A stretch of DNA of 64,000 nucleotides from an uncultured Legionellales bacterium (GCA_964352985.1 CAYGUK010000003.1:7869-71868); one strand, 5' to 3'; counted from the stretch's first letter, positions 1 to 14,503 are shown. Notes: generated by a model from the sequence alone, not told the origin. Numbers and translations: made by a program.

Positions 1-2202
<2,202 letters not shown>

Positions 2203-2208
2203 AGTCGC

Positions 2209-3753
2209 TTACCATGTTTGAGTTTGTTTAAAATCTTCAATCGCTACTTTTAATTGCTTTTCGATTGACTCGTTATATTCACCTTTAGTATTGATTTCAT
2301 CAACCAATTCTTTGTATTTCGATTTCACAAAAGCATGTAATTCTTGTTCGAATGAGGCTATTTTTTCGACAGCGACATCATCTAAGAAACCTTTTTCAAC
2401 GGCAAATAAAGAAATCACCATTAATGCTACGGATAACGGTAAATATTGTTTTTGTTTCATCATTTCGACAAAACGTTTTCCACGGTCTAATTGTTTACGT
2501 GTAATATCATCTAAGTCAGAAGCAAATTGTGAGAATGCTTCAAGTTCACGATATTGCGCAAGTGAAATACGAACACTACCAACCAATTTCTTCATAATTT
2601 TAGTTTGAGCTGCACCACCAACACGGGAAACCGAAAGTCCTGCATTAATAGCAGGTCTAATCCCTGAGTTAAATAAATCAGACTCAAGATAAATCTGACC
2701 ATCAGTAATCGAGATCACATTTGTTGGAACGAATGCTGATACGTCACCAGCTTGAGTTTCAATAACTGGTAATGCTGTTAATGATCCTGTTTTACCTTTT
2801 ACTTCACCGTTTGTAATTCGCTCAACATATTCAGCATTGATGCAAGCTGCTCGTTCAAGTAATCGAGAATGTAAATAGAAAACATCACCAGGATAAGCTT
2901 CACGTCCAGGTGGACGACGAAGTAATAGCGAAATTTGACGATATGCCCAAGCTTGCTTCGTTAAATCATCATAAATAATTAATGCGTCTTGGCCACGATC
3001 ACGGAAATATTCACCCATCGCACAGCCAGAATAAGGTGCAATAAATTGTAATGCGGCAGATTCTGATGCGCTAGCAGCAACAATAATTGTGTGATTTAAC
3101 GCGTCATATTCTTCTAATTTTCTCACCACAGCGGCAATCGAAGATTGTTTTTGACCGATAGCTACATAAATACATTTCACTCCAGTATCACGTTGATTGA
3201 TAATGGTATCGATAGCAACAGCAGTTTTACCTGTTTGTCTATCACCAATAATTAATTCACGTTGACCACGCCCAATAGGTACCATAGAGTCAATCGCTTT
3301 TAGACCTGTTTGCAAAGGTTGATAAACTGATTGTCTAGAAATAACACCAGGCGCTACTTTTTCGATAGGAGAAAATGATTTTGCTTCACAAGGCCCACGA
3401 CCATCAATAACATTTCCTAGCGGATCAACAACACGACCTAATAATTCTTCACCAACAGGGACTTCTAAAATACGGCCAGTACAACGAACTGTATCACCTT
3501 CAGATAAATCTTCATAAGGACCCAATACCACCGCACCAACAGAATCACGTTCCAGATTTAATGCAAGACCGTATTCTCCGTTAGGAAATGCAATCATTTC
3601 ACCTTGCATAACTTCGTTCAAACCATGGATACGAACGATACCATCCTTAAGACTAACAATGGTGCCTTCATTACTCATTTCAGAAGAGATATCAAATTTT
3701 TCAATTCTCTCTTTAATAATTTCGCTAATTTCTGCCGGATTTAGTTCCATCAT
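2209..3753 (-). CDS. atpA: ATP synthase F1 alpha subunit
   Basis: 514 aa with Walker A motif GDRQTGKTA and conserved alpha-subunit blocks. Operon position is canonical. Confidence 0.95.
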   Translation of the reverse strand: MMELNPAEISEIIKERIEKFDISSEMSNEGTIVSLKDGIVRIHGLNEVMQGEMIAFPNGEYGLALNLERDSVGAVVLGPYEDLSEGDTVRCTGRILEVPVGEELLGRVVDPLGNVIDGRGPCEAKSFSPIEKVAPGVISRQSVYQPLQTGLKAIDSMVPIGRGQRELIIGDRQTGKTAVAIDTIINQRDTGVKCIYVAIGQKQSSIAAVVRKLEEYDALNHTIIVAASASESAALQFIAPYSGCAMGEYFRDRGQDALIIYDDLTKQAWAYRQISLLLRRPPGREAYPGDVFYLHSRLLERAACINAEYVERITNGEVKGKTGSLTALPVIETQAGDVSAFVPTNVISITDGQIYLESDLFNSGIRPAINAGLSVSRVGGAAQTKIMKKLVGSVRISLAQYRELEAFSQFASDLDDITRKQLDRGKRFVEMMKQKQYLPLSVALMVISLFAVEKGFLDDVAVEKIASFEQELHAFVKSKYKELVDEINTKGEYNESIEKQLKVAIEDFKQTQTW

Positions 3754-3768
3754 GAGTACCTTTGTTTA

Positions 3769-4305
3769 CTATGAGATTAAATTTTCACTTAATCTGCTTA
3801 ATTGTGTAGAAACCGAGCCATCAATAACAAAATCACCAGCACGAATAATCGCACCACCGATTAAACTGTTATCGACATGACATTGTAGAAAAACGCCAAG
3901 TTTGAGATGTCTTTCTAAAGCTTGTGTTAATTTTGCTTGCATCACTTCGCTTAAAGGGAAAGCAGAAGTGACTGTCACATCTACTGTCTTTTCACGTTCT
4001 GCAACATACTGCGTAAATAGATTAAAAATTTCCGGCAACAATGAAAGACGATGATAGTCGAGGATTATTTGCAAGAAATTTTTTATATGTTGATTTAAAT
4101 AAGATTTAGTTGCATCAGATAAAATTTGATTGATTATAGACGCTGACACTTTTGGATTATCAATTACATGTTGCATTAGATCATTTTGATATGCAATAAC
4201 TAACGCATTTAAACCAGTATGCCATGTTGTTAAATCATTGTGTGAAACTGCATATTCAAATGCCGCTTTTGCATATGGTCTAGCTAATGTAATTGTATCT
4301 GCCAT
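3769..4305 (-). CDS. atpH: ATP synthase F1 delta subunit
   Basis: 178 aa opening ...TLARPYAKAAFEYA, characteristic of OSCP/delta. Located between atpF and atpA. Confidence 0.85.
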   Translation of the reverse strand: MADTITLARPYAKAAFEYAVSHNDLTTWHTGLNALVIAYQNDLMQHVIDNPKVSASIINQILSDATKSYLNQHIKNFLQIILDYHRLSLLPEIFNLFTQYVAEREKTVDVTVTSAFPLSEVMQAKLTQALERHLKLGVFLQCHVDNSLIGGAIIRAGDFVIDGSVSTQLSRLSENLIS

Positions 4306-4307
4306 TA

Positions 4308-4778
4308 TTAAATCTCAGTTATCAACTTATTTATTAATTCATCATTTTGCGCATTATCTAATTTTTGGGCGAGAATTTTCTCTGTGCCTGCAATTACTAA
4401 ACGTGCAAGATCTGAACGTAATTCAGTTTTAGCAGCTTCTTTTTCTTGATCGATTTCACCACGAGCAATATTAATTAATCGCTCACCTTCATCACGAGCT
4501 TTTTCACGAGCTTCTTCAATTAGAAGTCCTGCTCGTTTATTCGCTTCATCAAGAATTTCTGCAGCTTTGATTTTAGCTTCGCGTAACTCTTTATCTGCTT
4601 GATGCTGCATCGCTTCAGAATCACGGACACGCTGTTCAGCATCTGCAATGTCACTTGCGATTTTGTTTTGACGCTCATCGAGCATTTTTTGAAATAATGG
4701 CCAAATAAACTTATAAGTAATCCATATAAATATGGCGAACGTTATAAGCTGGCCAAATAGAGTTGCATTAATATTCAT
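4308..4778 (-). CDS. atpF: ATP synthase F0 subunit b
   Basis: 156 aa with an N-terminal TM helix followed by a long charged coiled-coil rich in E/A/K/R. Operon position is canonical. Confidence 0.85.
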   Translation of the reverse strand: MNINATLFGQLITFAIFIWITYKFIWPLFQKMLDERQNKIASDIADAEQRVRDSEAMQHQADKELREAKIKAAEILDEANKRAGLLIEEAREKARDEGERLINIARGEIDQEKEAAKTELRSDLARLVIAGTEKILAQKLDNAQNDELINKLITEI

Positions 4779-4804
4779 CTATATGCAGCCTCTTCTGTTA
4801 AGTA

Positions 4805-5119
<315 letters not shown>

Positions 5120-5144
5120 CTAAATAATATTATTAAAATAAAAA

Positions 5145-6331
<1,187 letters not shown>

Positions 6332-6750
6332 ACTTTCTTCCTTTTATCACTGTTACCAAATATATTTTGCGCACTATCATAGCCGGCCGTCACAAGAACA
6401 GCCAAATTGTTGCGAGTATAATGATTTCGTGAACAGTGTGCAATTGCAAGACTGTGATTTTTCGCGAGAAAAATGATTTTAAGCCTTAAATAAATACGAA
6501 ATACACACACCAAATTAGTATATAATCCTTATTTCGTAAAATCCAGTTATTTGGAGAGCAAATGAAAATTTTTTTAACAGCAACTTTTCCTAGCGATAAT
6601 TTTACGCTTCACTTCAAAATAAAATTTATATTGCACTTATTTATTAATTAACAAATGTATAATCAAATACTACGTATTATTAATCACTCGCAGAAACTTG
6701 CTTTGGGAAAATAGTTAAAACATAACTTGTAATTTATGAGGAATATCACG

Positions 6751-7365
6751 ATGAACTCAAATCATTATTGGCCTGATGTAATCTTGGTTAATGGCTGCTC
6801 GAGTTCAGGTAAATCGACTTTATGTAAAACTTTGCAAGATAGTCTTTCTGAACCTTATCTCCATTTTGGTTTTGACGATTTAGTTTTTATGTCACCTAAA
6901 AGATATTACGGCGATTCAGACAGTGCTTTTCAAAGTAAGAAAAATCATTTTATCCAACAAGGTGTAGAAATGATAGAGGTACAAAAAGAAAATGAACCTT
7001 TAACCATTGAAGCAATATTTGGACCTGTTTTTCAAAAAATTATAAAAAGCATGCCAGCTGTTGTTGCAACCTTGGTTCGTGAAGGAAATAAAGTAATATT
7101 TGATCATGTCTTCCATGATCAAAAAATGTATGATGATTTTCAGTTTTATCTTGGAAATTTAAATATTTTAAAAGTCGGAGTATATTGCCCATTAGAAATT
7201 TTAGAGCAAAGGGAAAAATCCAGGGGTGATAGAGTCTTAGGTCGCGCACGTGGATTATTTCCAATTGTTCATCAATTTTGTGATTATGATATTAAAGTAG
7301 ATACTCATGAGTCAGCAACAATAGATATTATTACTAACATTAAAAAATATCTAAATAAAAATTAA
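6751..7365 (+). CDS. Chloramphenicol-phosphotransferase-like (CPT family) P-loop kinase
   Basis: P-loop VILVNGCSSSGKSTL, plus GDRVLGRARGLF and VHQFCDYDIKVDTHES, which align with Streptomyces CPT (GDRVAG...VHEGVEYDVEVDTT). The GAGGAA SD precedes the second ATG at 6751; the ORF track starts at 6736. Confidence 0.75.
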   Translation: MNSNHYWPDVILVNGCSSSGKSTLCKTLQDSLSEPYLHFGFDDLVFMSPKRYYGDSDSAFQSKKNHFIQQGVEMIEVQKENEPLTIEAIFGPVFQKIIKSMPAVVATLVREGNKVIFDHVFHDQKMYDDFQFYLGNLNILKVGVYCPLEILEQREKSRGDRVLGRARGLFPIVHQFCDYDIKVDTHESATIDIITNIKKYLNKN

Positions 7366-8597
7366 TCATATACTTTATCCTTAGGTTGATAAAACAGAAT
7401 TATAAGAATGCCGATTAATGTTATGCCAATATCGATATAAAAAGGCGCAATAGCGCCAGCTTGAGTCATAATTCCAATACATAAATTTACGAGGCCAGCG
7501 CCAAAAGCAAGTAACGCAGCAGTAATACCCATTACCCAACCTTGTTTATCTTCACTTGCCGCCCAGGAAAATAAAGTTAAAATAAAAGTATATCCTACAG
7601 CGAAACCCATTGCGGATATAACCACATAAACATAAAGTAACCATAGCTGATGAGTAAAAAGAATTAAAATGAAATTAACAATTAATATAGCGTAACCAAT
7701 CAAAACAATATTTTTCGGTGAAAATGTTTCAACTAAACGCGTAATAAAAATAAACCCTATCCCTAAACCTACACCCAGAACCCCCATAAACAAGCCTATT
7801 TGAAATCCTGACGCATCAAACACAGTGGTAAGATAGACTGAAGAATAAGTATAATATAAATTAAATCCCATTTGTAAAAAGAAAAAAGCACAAGCTAGAT
7901 GTCTGACGGATGGATCTTTAAATGCTGATATGAAAATTGAAATAGCATGTGAGAGTTTGATTTTAGTTTGTCGAAAGACGGTTGTCGTTTCAGTAAAAAA
8001 GCATATCAATAAAATAATATTTAACACAGATAGAATACAAGCAAAATACATAGGTGTAGTAAAGTTAAACCAGGAAATTAAATTTGAATCATCTAATACA
8101 CTACTAATCACTGGTCCTAAGGCAATTCCAGATGATACTGCTAATAAAACCAAACCTAAATTACGTGCTAATTTTTTAGAATCACTTAGTTCAGTAATTG
8201 CAGCCTGTGCAATTGGCTGACTACCAGCTGTTAATCCAGCTATTATTCTTCCAATCAAAAGTATTAAAACGCTATTTAAAACAAAAGCAATCGCAGAAAT
8301 AAAATAGGCAATTGCAGCACCAATTAAACAAATAAGTAATGATTTTTTACGTCCAATAGAATCCGATAAATCACCTAAAACGGCAGCCCCTAAAAACCAG
8401 CAAAAGAAAAATACTCCGATTAATAATCCATATAAAAATTCACGAGTTTCTAAAGTTGCATTTACCGCAAGCACTGCTGTGCTCTTATTAATTAAGGCAT
8501 CGGCTAATATTGGAAATAAAATACCTTGGCCCAATCCATCAATAAATAAAACTAAAAATAAAGCAACAATAGTTAAAGTTTTTGGGGAAGAATTCAT
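7362..8597 (-). CDS. MFS transporter (drug/H+ antiporter-like)
   Basis: 411 aa with about 12 predicted TM helices and the MFS signature GDLSDSIGRKK in loop 2-3. Convergent with the CPT-like gene. Confidence 0.8.
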   Translation of the reverse strand: MNSSPKTLTIVALFLVLFIDGLGQGILFPILADALINKSTAVLAVNATLETREFLYGLLIGVFFFCWFLGAAVLGDLSDSIGRKKSLLICLIGAAIAYFISAIAFVLNSVLILLIGRIIAGLTAGSQPIAQAAITELSDSKKLARNLGLVLLAVSSGIALGPVISSVLDDSNLISWFNFTTPMYFACILSVLNIILLICFFTETTTVFRQTKIKLSHAISIFISAFKDPSVRHLACAFFFLQMGFNLYYTYSSVYLTTVFDASGFQIGLFMGVLGVGLGIGFIFITRLVETFSPKNIVLIGYAILIVNFILILFTHQLWLLYVYVVISAMGFAVGYTFILTLFSWAASEDKQGWVMGITAALLAFGAGLVNLCIGIMTQAGAIAPFYIDIGITLIGILIILFYQPKDKVYD

Positions 8598-8633
8598 ACA
8601 AGATACCTTATAGAATTATCAAATTGGTAAACT

Positions 8634-8858
8634 TTATTTATCACACCAATGATAGAATTCAACCATAAGCGGAAGACATTTACTACACTTAGATCCACAA
8701 CCAGGAGGGTTATTTGATTTTTTAATCATACCTTTGTTAATCCAGAGATTTAGCATATCTCTAATAACATGTTCATCACAGTTAAAATGTTTAATTAACT
8801 GCATTAGATTAACTGATTTTTTTTGTGAAATATATTGTTTTAATTCTGCTAAAATCAT
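8634..8858 (-). CDS. feoC: FeoC-like ferrous iron transport regulator
   Basis: 74 aa winged-helix-like protein with a C-terminal Cys cluster (CGSKCSKC). Overlaps the feoB stop by 4 bp. Confidence 0.6.
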   Translation of the reverse strand: MILAELKQYISQKKSVNLMQLIKHFNCDEHVIRDMLNLWINKGMIKKSNNPPGCGSKCSKCLPLMVEFYHWCDK

Positions 8859-11113
8859 ACAGGTTGCTCCATCATTTGTGAAGAGGAAACCGTGTGATTA
8901 GCATAAAAACGCATGGCAGTAATCGTACCAAGAAATAAAACACATATCCCTGAAATCCAAGCAATAGAAGAATAAGGATGATGTGATAATGTTGCTACTT
9001 GATAAAATATCACTGCCACGCCATAAGCTAATCCTACAGACCATAGAACTGAAAAGGTCGCCCATTTTTTATCGAGTTCACGGATCATTACAGCTGTTGT
9101 TGAAACACATGGAATATATAATAAGACAAACAGTAAATAAGAAAATGCTGCAGCTTGGCCGTTAAATCGTTGATACATTAAACCATATACACCATGGTTA
9201 ACACTGTGATCGGGAGCACTTGCGAGTACAGGATTTCCTAAAGCATGCGGTAGAGCTGCCAAATTATGTGGCACTGACATCACTGCAGCATGTAGTCCTG
9301 ACCAAAAATTAAAATGTGAAACAGTTGTTGTGAAGTGACCCACTTGGGTATATAAAGTATTTAAGGTCGCAACTACAACTTCTTTCGCTAAAGTTCCGGT
9401 TAATAATCCAACTGTCGCTGGCCAGTTATCTTGATGCAAACCAAAAGGTGAAAATAGCGGTGTTAATTCACGACCAAGCCATGACAATAATGTTTGTCCA
9501 GAACCATTATCGCCAACAAGTCCACCTGTTATTGTTAACGAATTCAGTGCACCAATTAATATACAAATAGGAATAATAAACTTACCCGCTTTAAATAAAA
9601 AGCGTTTTAACCGCGCCCACGTTTGTTGCCAAATAGCGCGTAAAGTGGGTATGTGATAGGGCGGTAATTCCATAATAAAAGGTGAGGGTTCACCTTGTAA
9701 AATTGTTTTTCTTAATAATAATCCAGTAATAACAGCTGTTAGAATTCCAATTATATATAATGCAAAAACAACATTTTGTCCTCCTCGCGGAAAAAATGCG
9801 GCAGTGAATACTGCAAAAATTGCTAAGCGAGCTCCACAAGACATGAATGGACTCATCATGATAGTTAAAATTCTATCGCGTCTGGAATCTAAGGTTCTTG
9901 CTGCCATAATTGCAGGAACGTTACAACCAAACCCAACTATCATTGGTACAAATGATTTACCCGGTAAACCTAAAGCTCGCATAAACCTATCCATAACAAA
10001 CGCAGCACGAGCCATGTAACCTGAATCCTCAAGAAATGCTAAAAATAAAAACATACCACCAATAACAGGAATAAATGTGACGGTTGTATTAATTCCTTTA
10101 CCTGCACCACTCGCTAATAAAGCAATAATCCAATTTGGCATATTTAAACTTTGTAATAAATGCGCAAAACCTTGCACAAAAATAGTATCAGTACCTATAT
10201 CAAAAAAATCTTGGAATGCGCCTCCAATATTAATTGCAAATAAAAACATTAAATACATTATAACCAGAAAAATAGGTATCCCTAAAAATCGATTTAACAC
10301 GATACGATCAATTTTTTCAGTTAAATTTGTTTTGCTCTGACTCTCTTGTTCTATCACGGCTAACCGAACAGAATGAGCAAAATCATATCTGCTATCAGCA
10401 ATTAAGATATCAGTCTCTTCGATAGTCTTGGAAATATCTTCTTGAATCTTTTCTATATTTTCTTGTAATTGCAGATCACTAGAGTTAAATACATGTAAAT
10501 CACCTTCGAGTAGACGAAGCGCTAATGCTTTGTTAAGTTGGCTAATTTTTTGAATCGAATTAATGGCTTGTGTAATTTCTTGCGGATATGAAAGCGTAAG
10601 GGGGATTTTTTGCTGCTGATTCACTATACACTGTTTTAATAAATCGATACCTTTATTTTTTACTGAAACAATTGGTATAACCGGACAACCCAGTTTACTT
10701 GATAATTTATTTACATTTATTTTAATTCTCTCACGTTCAGCCAAATCCATCATATTGAGCGCTACAATCATGGGACGTTCTAAGTCAATTAATTGTGTGG
10801 TAAGAAACAAATTACGTTCTAAATTTAAGGCATCAATCACATTAATAATAATATCTTGGGGATGCTCATTGATGTAATTAACAGCAATAATTTCATCTAT
10901 AGATGTTTTACCATTATTAGCAACAAGTGAATAAGTGCCAGGCAAATCTACAACTTCAACCTTTTTATTTTGTAATAAAAAAAAGCCACTTTTTTTTTCT
11001 ACGGTAACTCCAGGCCAATTACCTACTCTTAACCGTGATCCCGTTAAAGCATTTATCAATGCTGTTTTGCCGCAGTTGGGATTACCTACCAACACTACCT
11101 TATGATCAATCAT
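8855..11113 (-). CDS. feoB: Ferrous iron transporter B
   Basis: 752 aa with N-terminal G-domain VVLVGNPNCGKTALINALTG and a large polytopic C-terminal domain. Confidence 0.95.
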   Translation of the reverse strand: MIDHKVVLVGNPNCGKTALINALTGSRLRVGNWPGVTVEKKSGFFLLQNKKVEVVDLPGTYSLVANNGKTSIDEIIAVNYINEHPQDIIINVIDALNLERNLFLTTQLIDLERPMIVALNMMDLAERERIKINVNKLSSKLGCPVIPIVSVKNKGIDLLKQCIVNQQQKIPLTLSYPQEITQAINSIQKISQLNKALALRLLEGDLHVFNSSDLQLQENIEKIQEDISKTIEETDILIADSRYDFAHSVRLAVIEQESQSKTNLTEKIDRIVLNRFLGIPIFLVIMYLMFLFAINIGGAFQDFFDIGTDTIFVQGFAHLLQSLNMPNWIIALLASGAGKGINTTVTFIPVIGGMFLFLAFLEDSGYMARAAFVMDRFMRALGLPGKSFVPMIVGFGCNVPAIMAARTLDSRRDRILTIMMSPFMSCGARLAIFAVFTAAFFPRGGQNVVFALYIIGILTAVITGLLLRKTILQGEPSPFIMELPPYHIPTLRAIWQQTWARLKRFLFKAGKFIIPICILIGALNSLTITGGLVGDNGSGQTLLSWLGRELTPLFSPFGLHQDNWPATVGLLTGTLAKEVVVATLNTLYTQVGHFTTTVSHFNFWSGLHAAVMSVPHNLAALPHALGNPVLASAPDHSVNHGVYGLMYQRFNGQAAAFSYLLFVLLYIPCVSTTAVMIRELDKKWATFSVLWSVGLAYGVAVIFYQVATLSHHPYSSIAWISGICVLFLGTITAMRFYANHTVSSSQMMEQPV

Positions 11114-11363
11114 TAATTTGCTCTACTTTTAATGCTCTAGCCTCATGCTGACGAAGACTTAAAGCAAAACCTCTAACTGAAATCTGAATTGGATCGCCCA
11201 ATGGCGCTTTTCTAACAACATGCAACATTGCCCCGCGGGTTAATCCCATCGACAATAATTTTTGGCGATACTGTTTTGAACAATTGTCGTATCCTATGAC
11301 TCGTGCTTTTGCACCGATTTTAAGTTCAGCTAATTCAGTCATCATCTTTTCACGTTTTATCAA
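11106..11363 (-). CDS. feoA: Ferrous iron transport protein A
   Basis: Small SH3-like FeoA (LKIGAKARVIG...) directly upstream of feoB with overlap. True start may be an internal Met. Confidence 0.8.
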   Translation of the reverse strand: MIKREKMMTELAELKIGAKARVIGYDNCSKQYRQKLLSMGLTRGAMLHVVRKAPLGDPIQISVRGFALSLRQHEARALKVEQIND

Positions 11364-11395
11364 GTATGGTCTATATTAACAGAAGATTTTTTAAA

Positions 11396-11414
11396 TGAGA
11401 ATGATTATTATCCT
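11396..11414. promoter_or_regulatory. Putative Fur box upstream of feoA
   Basis: GAGAATGATTATTATCCTC matches about 14/19 of the Fur consensus GATAATGATAATCATTATC. It sits about 35-50 bp upstream of the feoA start. Confidence 0.4.
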
Positions 11415-11486
11415 CATTATAAAAATAGATGTGTTCAATGCGTCTTTCCGCTATAATCCCATACTTTGTAACCTGCAATTAATGAC

Positions 11487-12173
11487 ATGGATCAACAAAC
11501 AAAACGTTATTATTTAAATCAAATTGGTATTCCTGTTTGGCTTGAGAAAGAAAATAACAGTATCAATTCTAATAAAACTCAAAAACTAACTAAACAAAAT
11601 GAAAAATATTTAAAGTCTAATGATAACTGGAATACTTTACAGCAAGATGTCATAACTTGTCAGGCATGTGGTTTGGATAAAAGTCGTACTCAAACCGTTT
11701 TTGGAGTAGGTAATCATCAAGCTGAACTTCTTATTATTGGTGAGGCACCAGGTTTTTATGAAGATCAAAAAGGTGAACCTTTTGTTGGTAGAGCAGGTCA
11801 ATTATTAGATAATATGTTAAAAGCGATAGACCTTGATAGAAAAACAGTTTTTATTGCAAACATATTGAAATGTCGTCCGCCTAATAACAGAGATCCTAAA
11901 CCAGAAGAAGTTAATCTATGTACACCGTATTTATTACGTCAAATAAAATTAATACAACCTAAATTAATCCTAGCCGTAGGTCGTATAGCAGCTCATTTTT
12001 TATTACAAACAAATACACCACTATCAAAACTTAGAAATATTGAACATGAATTTAACAAAATACCTTTGCAAGTCACTTATCATCCCGCTTACTTATTAAG
12101 AAACCCTCGGGATAAAGCAAAAGCATGGCAGGATCTATTAGCAGCAAAACAAAAGCTTAAAAAAATAAATTAA
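11487..12173 (+). CDS. Uracil-DNA glycosylase, family 4
   Basis: CQACGL...GEAPGFYEDQKGEPFVGRAGQLLDNML is the family-4 UDG signature, with Fe-S Cys ligands. Has an N-terminal extension of about 55 aa. Confidence 0.8.
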   Translation: MDQQTKRYYLNQIGIPVWLEKENNSINSNKTQKLTKQNEKYLKSNDNWNTLQQDVITCQACGLDKSRTQTVFGVGNHQAELLIIGEAPGFYEDQKGEPFVGRAGQLLDNMLKAIDLDRKTVFIANILKCRPPNNRDPKPEEVNLCTPYLLRQIKLIQPKLILAVGRIAAHFLLQTNTPLSKLRNIEHEFNKIPLQVTYHPAYLLRNPRDKAKAWQDLLAAKQKLKKIN

Positions 12174-13060
12174 GTGATATGCTGTAAAATTCCATCCAGT
12201 TCTTCTAAATTATTATAATGAATGACAACATGTCCATTACCTTTTTCTTGATGTTTAACATTGATTTTTGCACCTAATATTTCAGAAAGTCTATTTTCTA
12301 AGTTTACCACGTCAGGATCTTTAACTTTTTGAGGTGGCTTTACTTGTGGTTGAGGTGCTTGACTTAATTTAATAAGTTTCTCTGTTTCACGAACCGATAA
12401 TCTTTTCTCAACAATTTCATTTGCAATTGTAAATTGTTCGTTATCATCGAGAGTTAATAACGCTCTAGCATGCCCCATTTCTATATCACCATGTTCAAGC
12501 ATCGTTTTAACATCACTGTTTAAACTTAACAATCTGAGTAAATTCGTTACACTGGTCCGAGAACGTCCCACTGCTTCGGCAGCTTGTTGATGAGTCATGT
12601 CAAATTCTTCGATTAATCGATGTAATGAATAAGCTTCTTCAATTGGATTTAAATTTTCTCGTTGAATATTTTCTATCAATGCCATAGCAAGAACTGCACT
12701 ATCAGAAATATCACGAACAATTGCGGGTATTTCGTGTAATCCTGCAATTTGAGATGCTCGCCAACGTCTTTCACCTGCTATTAATTCAAAATCTCCGGTC
12801 TGTAGTTGACGAACAACAACAGGTTGTATGATACCTTGAGCCTTTATTGAATTTGCTAATTCTTCTAAAGCCACTTGATCAAATTCACGTCGGGGTTGAT
12901 AGGGTGATCTTGTTATTTTTTCTACAGGTATTAAACGATATTCCTTCTCTTTAGTATTATTCTTATTTTCAGTTTTAGGCGCGTCTACTGGTGAAGTTGT
13001 AGAAGATGAACTAAGTAATACTTCTAAATTTCTTCCTAAACCTCTTCTTTTAGCGTTCAT
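12170..13060 (-). CDS. parB: Chromosome partitioning protein ParB
   Basis: RGLGRNLEVLL N-terminus, ParB box GERRWRA and an HTH region. Adjacent to parA. Confidence 0.9.
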   Translation of the reverse strand: MNAKRRGLGRNLEVLLSSSSTTSPVDAPKTENKNNTKEKEYRLIPVEKITRSPYQPRREFDQVALEELANSIKAQGIIQPVVVRQLQTGDFELIAGERRWRASQIAGLHEIPAIVRDISDSAVLAMALIENIQRENLNPIEEAYSLHRLIEEFDMTHQQAAEAVGRSRTSVTNLLRLLSLNSDVKTMLEHGDIEMGHARALLTLDDNEQFTIANEIVEKRLSVRETEKLIKLSQAPQPQVKPPQKVKDPDVVNLENRLSEILGAKINVKHQEKGNGHVVIHYNNLEELDGILQHIT

Positions 13061-13074
13061 AGTTTCTCTCTTCT

Positions 13075-13875
13075 TTAAATCGCTGTTGCTTCCTCAGTAA
13101 CAATTTCAAAGCTACTCATTTGTTTTTGTAACATCTCTTCTGCTAATTTTATATAGGCAGCAGCACCAACCGATCGTTTATCATAAATTATTGCAGGCAT
13201 TCCGTAGCTAGGTGCTTCAGCTAAACGAACATTTCTTGGGATCACTGTTTCATATACTTTTTGATCAAAATGATCAATTAATTGTGATGATACGTCATTG
13301 GTTAAACAATTTCTGGCATCATACATCGTTCTAATAATTCCAATTATATGAAGCTTAGGATTTAGTGATTCACTCAATTGAGAAATCGTGTCAAGTAATC
13401 CAGATAATCCCTCGAGCGCATAATATTCACACTGCATCGGAATTATAACTCCATCAGATGCCACTAATGCATTTACTGTCAACATATTAAGTGAAGGAGG
13501 GCAATCTATTATCACAAAATCATAACTATCTTTAAGTACTAATAATATTTGTCGTAAACGAAATTCCCGACGAGACATTTGAAGTAAGTTTATTTCAGCA
13601 ATAGTTAAATCTTGATTAGCAGGTAGAATGTCATAACCACTTTGAGTAGTGAGTAAAACCTGATGAATATCAGCTTGTTCAAGCAAAGCTTCATTTATAG
13701 AATTAGTGATTTCTTTCTTATTAATTCCACTTCCCATCGTGGCATTTCCTTGGGGATCAAGATCGACCAAAAGAATTCGTCTATCAAGTGTTGCTAATGC
13801 TGCAGCTAAGTTAACACTTGTTGTCGTTTTTCCTACGCCACCCTTTTGGTTGGCGATGCTAATTACTGTTCCCAA
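13075..13875 (-). CDS. parA: Chromosome partitioning ATPase ParA/Soj
   Basis: Deviant Walker A motif KGGVGKTTT. 266 aa. Confidence 0.9.
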   Translation of the reverse strand: MGTVISIANQKGGVGKTTTSVNLAAALATLDRRILLVDLDPQGNATMGSGINKKEITNSINEALLEQADIHQVLLTTQSGYDILPANQDLTIAEINLLQMSRREFRLRQILLVLKDSYDFVIIDCPPSLNMLTVNALVASDGVIIPMQCEYYALEGLSGLLDTISQLSESLNPKLHIIGIIRTMYDARNCLTNDVSSQLIDHFDQKVYETVIPRNVRLAEAPSYGMPAIIYDKRSVGAAAYIKLAEEMLQKQMSSFEIVTEEATAI

Positions 13876-14503
13876 TTTTTTGACTCCGTCTTATTTGCAA
13901 AAGATAGCGTTCACGGTCTAATCCAGGCACCATTAATTTATGAGTATCGTATAATACAAACCCTTCAGGTATATTATTAATCTCATTATGATAGTTTTTA
14001 CCTTTTAGTGCTAAAAACTCACAATCATCATGGCACAAGTGTTGGCATTGTAAAATAAACTTTCTTAGATCGCTAAAGGCTCTTGATAAAATTCCATCAA
14101 TTTTAATTTGAGGTTGGTACTTTTCAACTCTTGTATGGCATACTTCAATATTATCTAATGAAAGTTCATACCCCACTTGCCGTAAAAAATTAGTTTTCTT
14201 TTTATTTGAATCCAATAACTTGAAGGATAAATTTGGATTTGCGATAGCTAAGATTATTCCGGGTATTCCTGCGCCGGTTCCTACATCTACAAAAGTGCTT
14301 CCAGACAAAAATTGTTGTATTGATAATGATTCAATAATAATTTTTAATTCTGAATTATCTTGTAACCGAGTAAAATTATAAGCATTTTGCCATCGAGATA
14401 AAATATCAATATAGTTCAATAAGTTTTGAAGAATATCTTGATGTATATCGACGCCGATGTTAAGACAGCTTAGTTGAAGACGGGAAATTTTATTACTATC
14501 CAT
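13859..14503 (-). CDS. rsmG: 16S rRNA m7G527 methyltransferase RsmG (GidB)
   Basis: SAM-binding motif DVGTGAGIPGI. Canonical position between mnmG and parA. Confidence 0.85.
   Translation of the reverse strand: MDSNKISRLQLSCLNIGVDIHQDILQNLLNYIDILSRWQNAYNFTRLQDNSELKIIIESLSIQQFLSGSTFVDVGTGAGIPGIILAIANPNLSFKLLDSNKKKTNFLRQVGYELSLDNIEVCHTRVEKYQPQIKIDGILSRAFSDLRKFILQCQHLCHDDCEFLALKGKNYHNEINNIPEGFVLYDTHKLMVPGLDRERYLLQIRRSQKIGNSN

Noticed and set aside
7040-10340. Internal opposite-strand ORFs 7040-7264, 7930-8220, 8983-9165, 9804-10019, 10077-10340
   Set aside because: Nested antisense within the CPT-like, MFS and feoB genes; no independent support.
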